In this document: positions 61,601-64,000 of the stretch, one piece after another
Numbering within the stretch: position 1 is the stretch's first letter
Layout of the letters: each line of letters starts with the position of its first letter
Notes under the pieces: model-generated
What the model was told of the DNA's origin: nothing
The model's database searches: none
What the model saw: the letters and a program-made list of their open reading frames with translations, nothing else
Origin: Paraspadella gotoi
Taxonomy: Eukaryota; Animalia; Chaetognatha
Reading direction: 5' to 3'
Assembly: GCA_051294375.1 (NCBI GenBank)
Contig: CM119265.1
Location: 9,496,339 to 9,560,338 of the forward strand
DNA: 64,000 nucleotides
Made by a program: the position numbers and the translations under genes

Positions 61601-63951
61601 TTTTCGAAATCAGAAAAATAAAAGATAGAATAGGCAGAAAACTAAGTAATTTACCTTCACCTAACACAAAATTTTCGATATTCAAAGTTTATTAAAATAA
61701 TTTTTGTGTATAGGCTTTTTTTCGTTGTTGTTAGGATTTAGGAAAAAACAGTTTTTGAATTATTACAACGAATTTTTGTCATTAAATTCGTTGTAATAAT
61801 TCAAAAACTGTTTTTTCCTAAAATATTTTTTTAAAAATGCGAGGAGCCTACCTGTTCATGTGTTGCTTGTCCATGAGACCCACGATGACGTTGGGTCCTC
61901 CCCGCCACTGGCCGATCTCTGGCGGCTCTTGATGCTCCAGTTTCAACTCTTGTCCATGATGATGCTGGTGATCCATTCCATATTCCCTGAACGCATCTCC
62001 CTGCGGCTGCATCTGCTGCTGCCCGTACGCCATTACCGATTCCAAAGGTTCGGGACTGATTGGCTGATAGAGCGAAGACGACGACCGGATGTTGCCCATG
62101 TTGCTGTAGCCGACGCCGGGGTACGTGGCATATCCAGGGTCACCTTGCGGAGCGTGAGAAAGGGGGAGGTTGGGAGAGACGGGCTGCGCGTTGGGGTAAG
62201 CGGGCATGGGATTGCTGACGTCGTGAGCAGATCCCGAATGCTTTTGGAAGCGAGGGGGTACATTTTTCGTGTAGTGGGAAGTAGAGGACGCGGCGCCGCT
62301 GGCGCCAGCGCCACCGACGCCTTTGGCCGCCATAGGCGCGTTAGACTGACCCCGCGGAGAAAGCGCTGCGGAGGAAGCGATGGGCATCCCGATAAGCGGC
62401 ACGGGTTCGAGTTGGGGCGCGGAGGCGAGAACGCCGCGACCCTCGCGCCCCAAATCGCCCATCGCCAGCGCCGCTTCGGGTGGAACCAAGGGGACGATCG
62501 GGCGCGTCGCGCTCACGCTTTCTTCCGCCTAATGGGAAGAAGATAAGGGAATTAATTTATCTTAAAGTAACATTTAAAAAAAGTAACATTAGCGTCGTAA
62601 AGTACAACAGTTCAAGATATCACGTCTTTGTAAATCTATCTATTCAGGTCCAAACCTGTATATCGGACCCAGGAGTTCCAGACTTCGTAAACTTCATTAG
62701 GTCCGAATCTCCGTCTCCACGATCGCTCGGATCGTCCTCTGAGTCCTGAGCGACAAAGAAATAAAAAAAAGTTCTTATTGACAAATAAAAACTTATCAAG
62801 GCCACACAAAATCTTCACCGAAGCCACAGACCTTGTCCTTCTTCTGCAGCTTTTCGTCGAGTTGGCGGAGCTTCTTGGCGGCGGCGGCCTTCTGCTCTTC
62901 CTCGCGTCTTTTCTCTTCCGCCATTCGCCGCTCGCGCGCTCGTTCGATGGCGATGGTCATCTCGGTGCTCTGCTGCTGGCGTTTCTTGCGCCACATCTCC
63001 TCTTCCTCTTCCTCTCCGGGGATCAACGGAGGGCGAGGATGTGCAGGCCCCTGTAAAATTTCAATTAAAATACTCTCAAATGTTATTGAATTAATTAATA
63101 AAACGAAGAAACTTTCTCTTTTTATTTTTTCTCACTTGATTCGGATTGGGTGGAGAAACGGAATAATTCGGAGCGGGGCCCCGCGGTTGACCGGGAGGGT
63201 AATTCGGTGCCACCCCAGGTTGAGGGGCGCACATGCGAGGATGGTATCCCATGTGACCTTGCGGTCCCGGGCCGCCCGGACCGTAACCGGGCATTATCGG
63301 TGGGCGAGGGTGTTGCCAATTCTGAACAAGCAAATAAAATATTATGATCGATAAAAATATCTATGAGATTCTGATAAATTAAGCCGACGAGCTTACCCTT
63401 GTGTCGTAATTAGGACCAGGGTAAGGACCTCTTTGATCGTATCCCGCAGCGGCAGCAGCGGCAGCGTGGTGCGGCATGTTTGGCATTCCCGGGTGGGAAG
63501 GCGGAGGAGGGCGTTGTCCTCGAGCACCCTCGCTCCAACCTTCACTCATGGGAGTGCCTGGGGGTAATTCACGGCTGCCGTGAGGGGAAGGGTAAGGCTG
63601 CTGCTGCTGTTGTTGCGATGGAATGGTGTCTCCGCCGAGGCTGCTTCCGCTGCCTACGCTTGAGCCACGAAGGCCTGAAATAATTTAAATCAAAAATTAA
63701 AAATGACGTTGATTGTGTAAATATCAATTAATAATGCAATTTGCATCAAAAACCTACCAGCGCTGCCGGCCCTGTTTCCCCTGCCGTCCGTGCTTCCGCG
63801 CTCCTTATCCGAAGAGGCGCCGCGGTCTTCCAGACTGGCGCCCCGGCGCGCTTTCCGTCCAGCCTCGAAACCTTGGAATCGAGGCGGAACGGAATCGTAA
63901 TCGCCCTCGCTCGCACCGGACGCGTGACGGCCGCCTTCAATGGAGGAAGAA
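46698..63951 (-). CDS. PRRC2: PRRC2 (BAT2-like) proline-rich coiled-coil protein, 5' partial; includes a 4.9-kb exon (53411-48505)
   Basis: Family motifs WRKKRQQQSTEMTIAIERARERRMAEEKRREEEQKAAAAKKLRQLDEKL, VPPRFQK, YVPRGEPSRRGRGG, EEWETASESS, DLNNIASVVVVDDQPEV, DGFSKVVSRK, KLPPRL, DSGVDVSSD, DLNLKIAAVKKVWEN; GT-AG exons in frame. Confidence 0.93.
54416..59823 (-). mobile_element. DIRS-type tyrosine-recombinase retrotransposon (ITRs, ICR, RT, RNase H, MT, YR), heavily frameshifted
   Basis: ~220-bp ITRs (54442-54658 / 59601-59823); RT motifs SGGWRV, VLPFGLPTGPWLF, YLDDI (~56719-56733); RNase H TDAS; MT-like DLFAT...RFF...DALAQRW...YLLPP; YR C-terminus CPVQALRNWL...GST...GDW...TFFRFH; ICR at ~58715-58785. 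Confidence 0.92.
58715..58785. other. Internal complementary region (ICR) of the DIRS element
   Basis: GGGCGGACCGATATAGAATTAATTTCCCTAGAAGGAAATTAAAAATTCTCATATCGGTCCGCCTCG equals the reverse complement of 54416-54460 joined to the reverse complement of 59801-59823, i.e. the circular-junction sequence. Confidence 0.9.
60191..61250 (+). mobile_element. Helentron-associated / DINE-1-like non-autonomous rolling-circle element
   Basis: 5' subTIR GTCGGATCTGC with adjacent inverted copy, (GTCC)n microsatellite, four internal ~110-150-bp repeats, 3' subTIR GCAGATCCGAC (61220-61230), GTTTG-CT-CAAAC stem-loop and TT end. Confidence 0.8.
61737..61822. repeat. Perfect 39-bp inverted repeat with 8-nt loop in a PRRC2 intron
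   Basis: TTTAGGAAAAAACAGTTTTTGAATTATTACAACGAATTT-ttgtcatt-AAATTCGTTGTAATAATTCAAAAACTGTTTTTTCCTAAA. Confidence 0.95.
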
Positions 63952-64000
63952 TAATTGCGTAGTTTGGTAAATCTTTCCATTTTTAATTAGGATTACGTTA

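Overview
This is eukaryotic (animal-like) genomic DNA with GC/CpG-rich exons, short AT-rich introns and two N-gaps; nothing in it looks prokaryotic and there is no CRISPR array. From left to right it contains: (1) a + strand array of phase-0, low-complexity exons (163-~7600); (2) a ~6.3 kb inverted duplication (~7613-13919 vs 14752-~21116) whose left copy is full of 1-bp indels and is probably an amplification or assembly artefact; (3) inside that duplication, a WD40-repeat gene hosting an antisense intronic tRNA-Ala cluster; (4) a centrosomin/CDK5RAP2/myomegalin-family gene (- strand, 22153-43329) with IFT22 nested antisense in one intron, alternative terminal and internal first exons, and several GC-AG introns; (5) the 3' part of PRRC2 (- strand), whose large intron holds a DIRS retrotransposon inside a TIR element, next to a Helentron/DINE-1-like element. 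The most striking object is a 243-nt Pol III-type gene (17100-17342, -; second copy 11336-11576, +). It has a tRNA-Ala shell (acceptor stem with G3:U70, D arm, T arm, oligo-T terminator) whose anticodon loop is replaced by a long helix enclosing a ~170-nt structured insert. The insert carries a TTAGG-telomere-template-like 8-mer and a 42-codon ORF. It may be a tRNA-scaffolded ncRNA (telomerase-RNA-like or tmRNA-like), but function cannot be established from sequence alone. All alignments, splicing and folding were done by eye.
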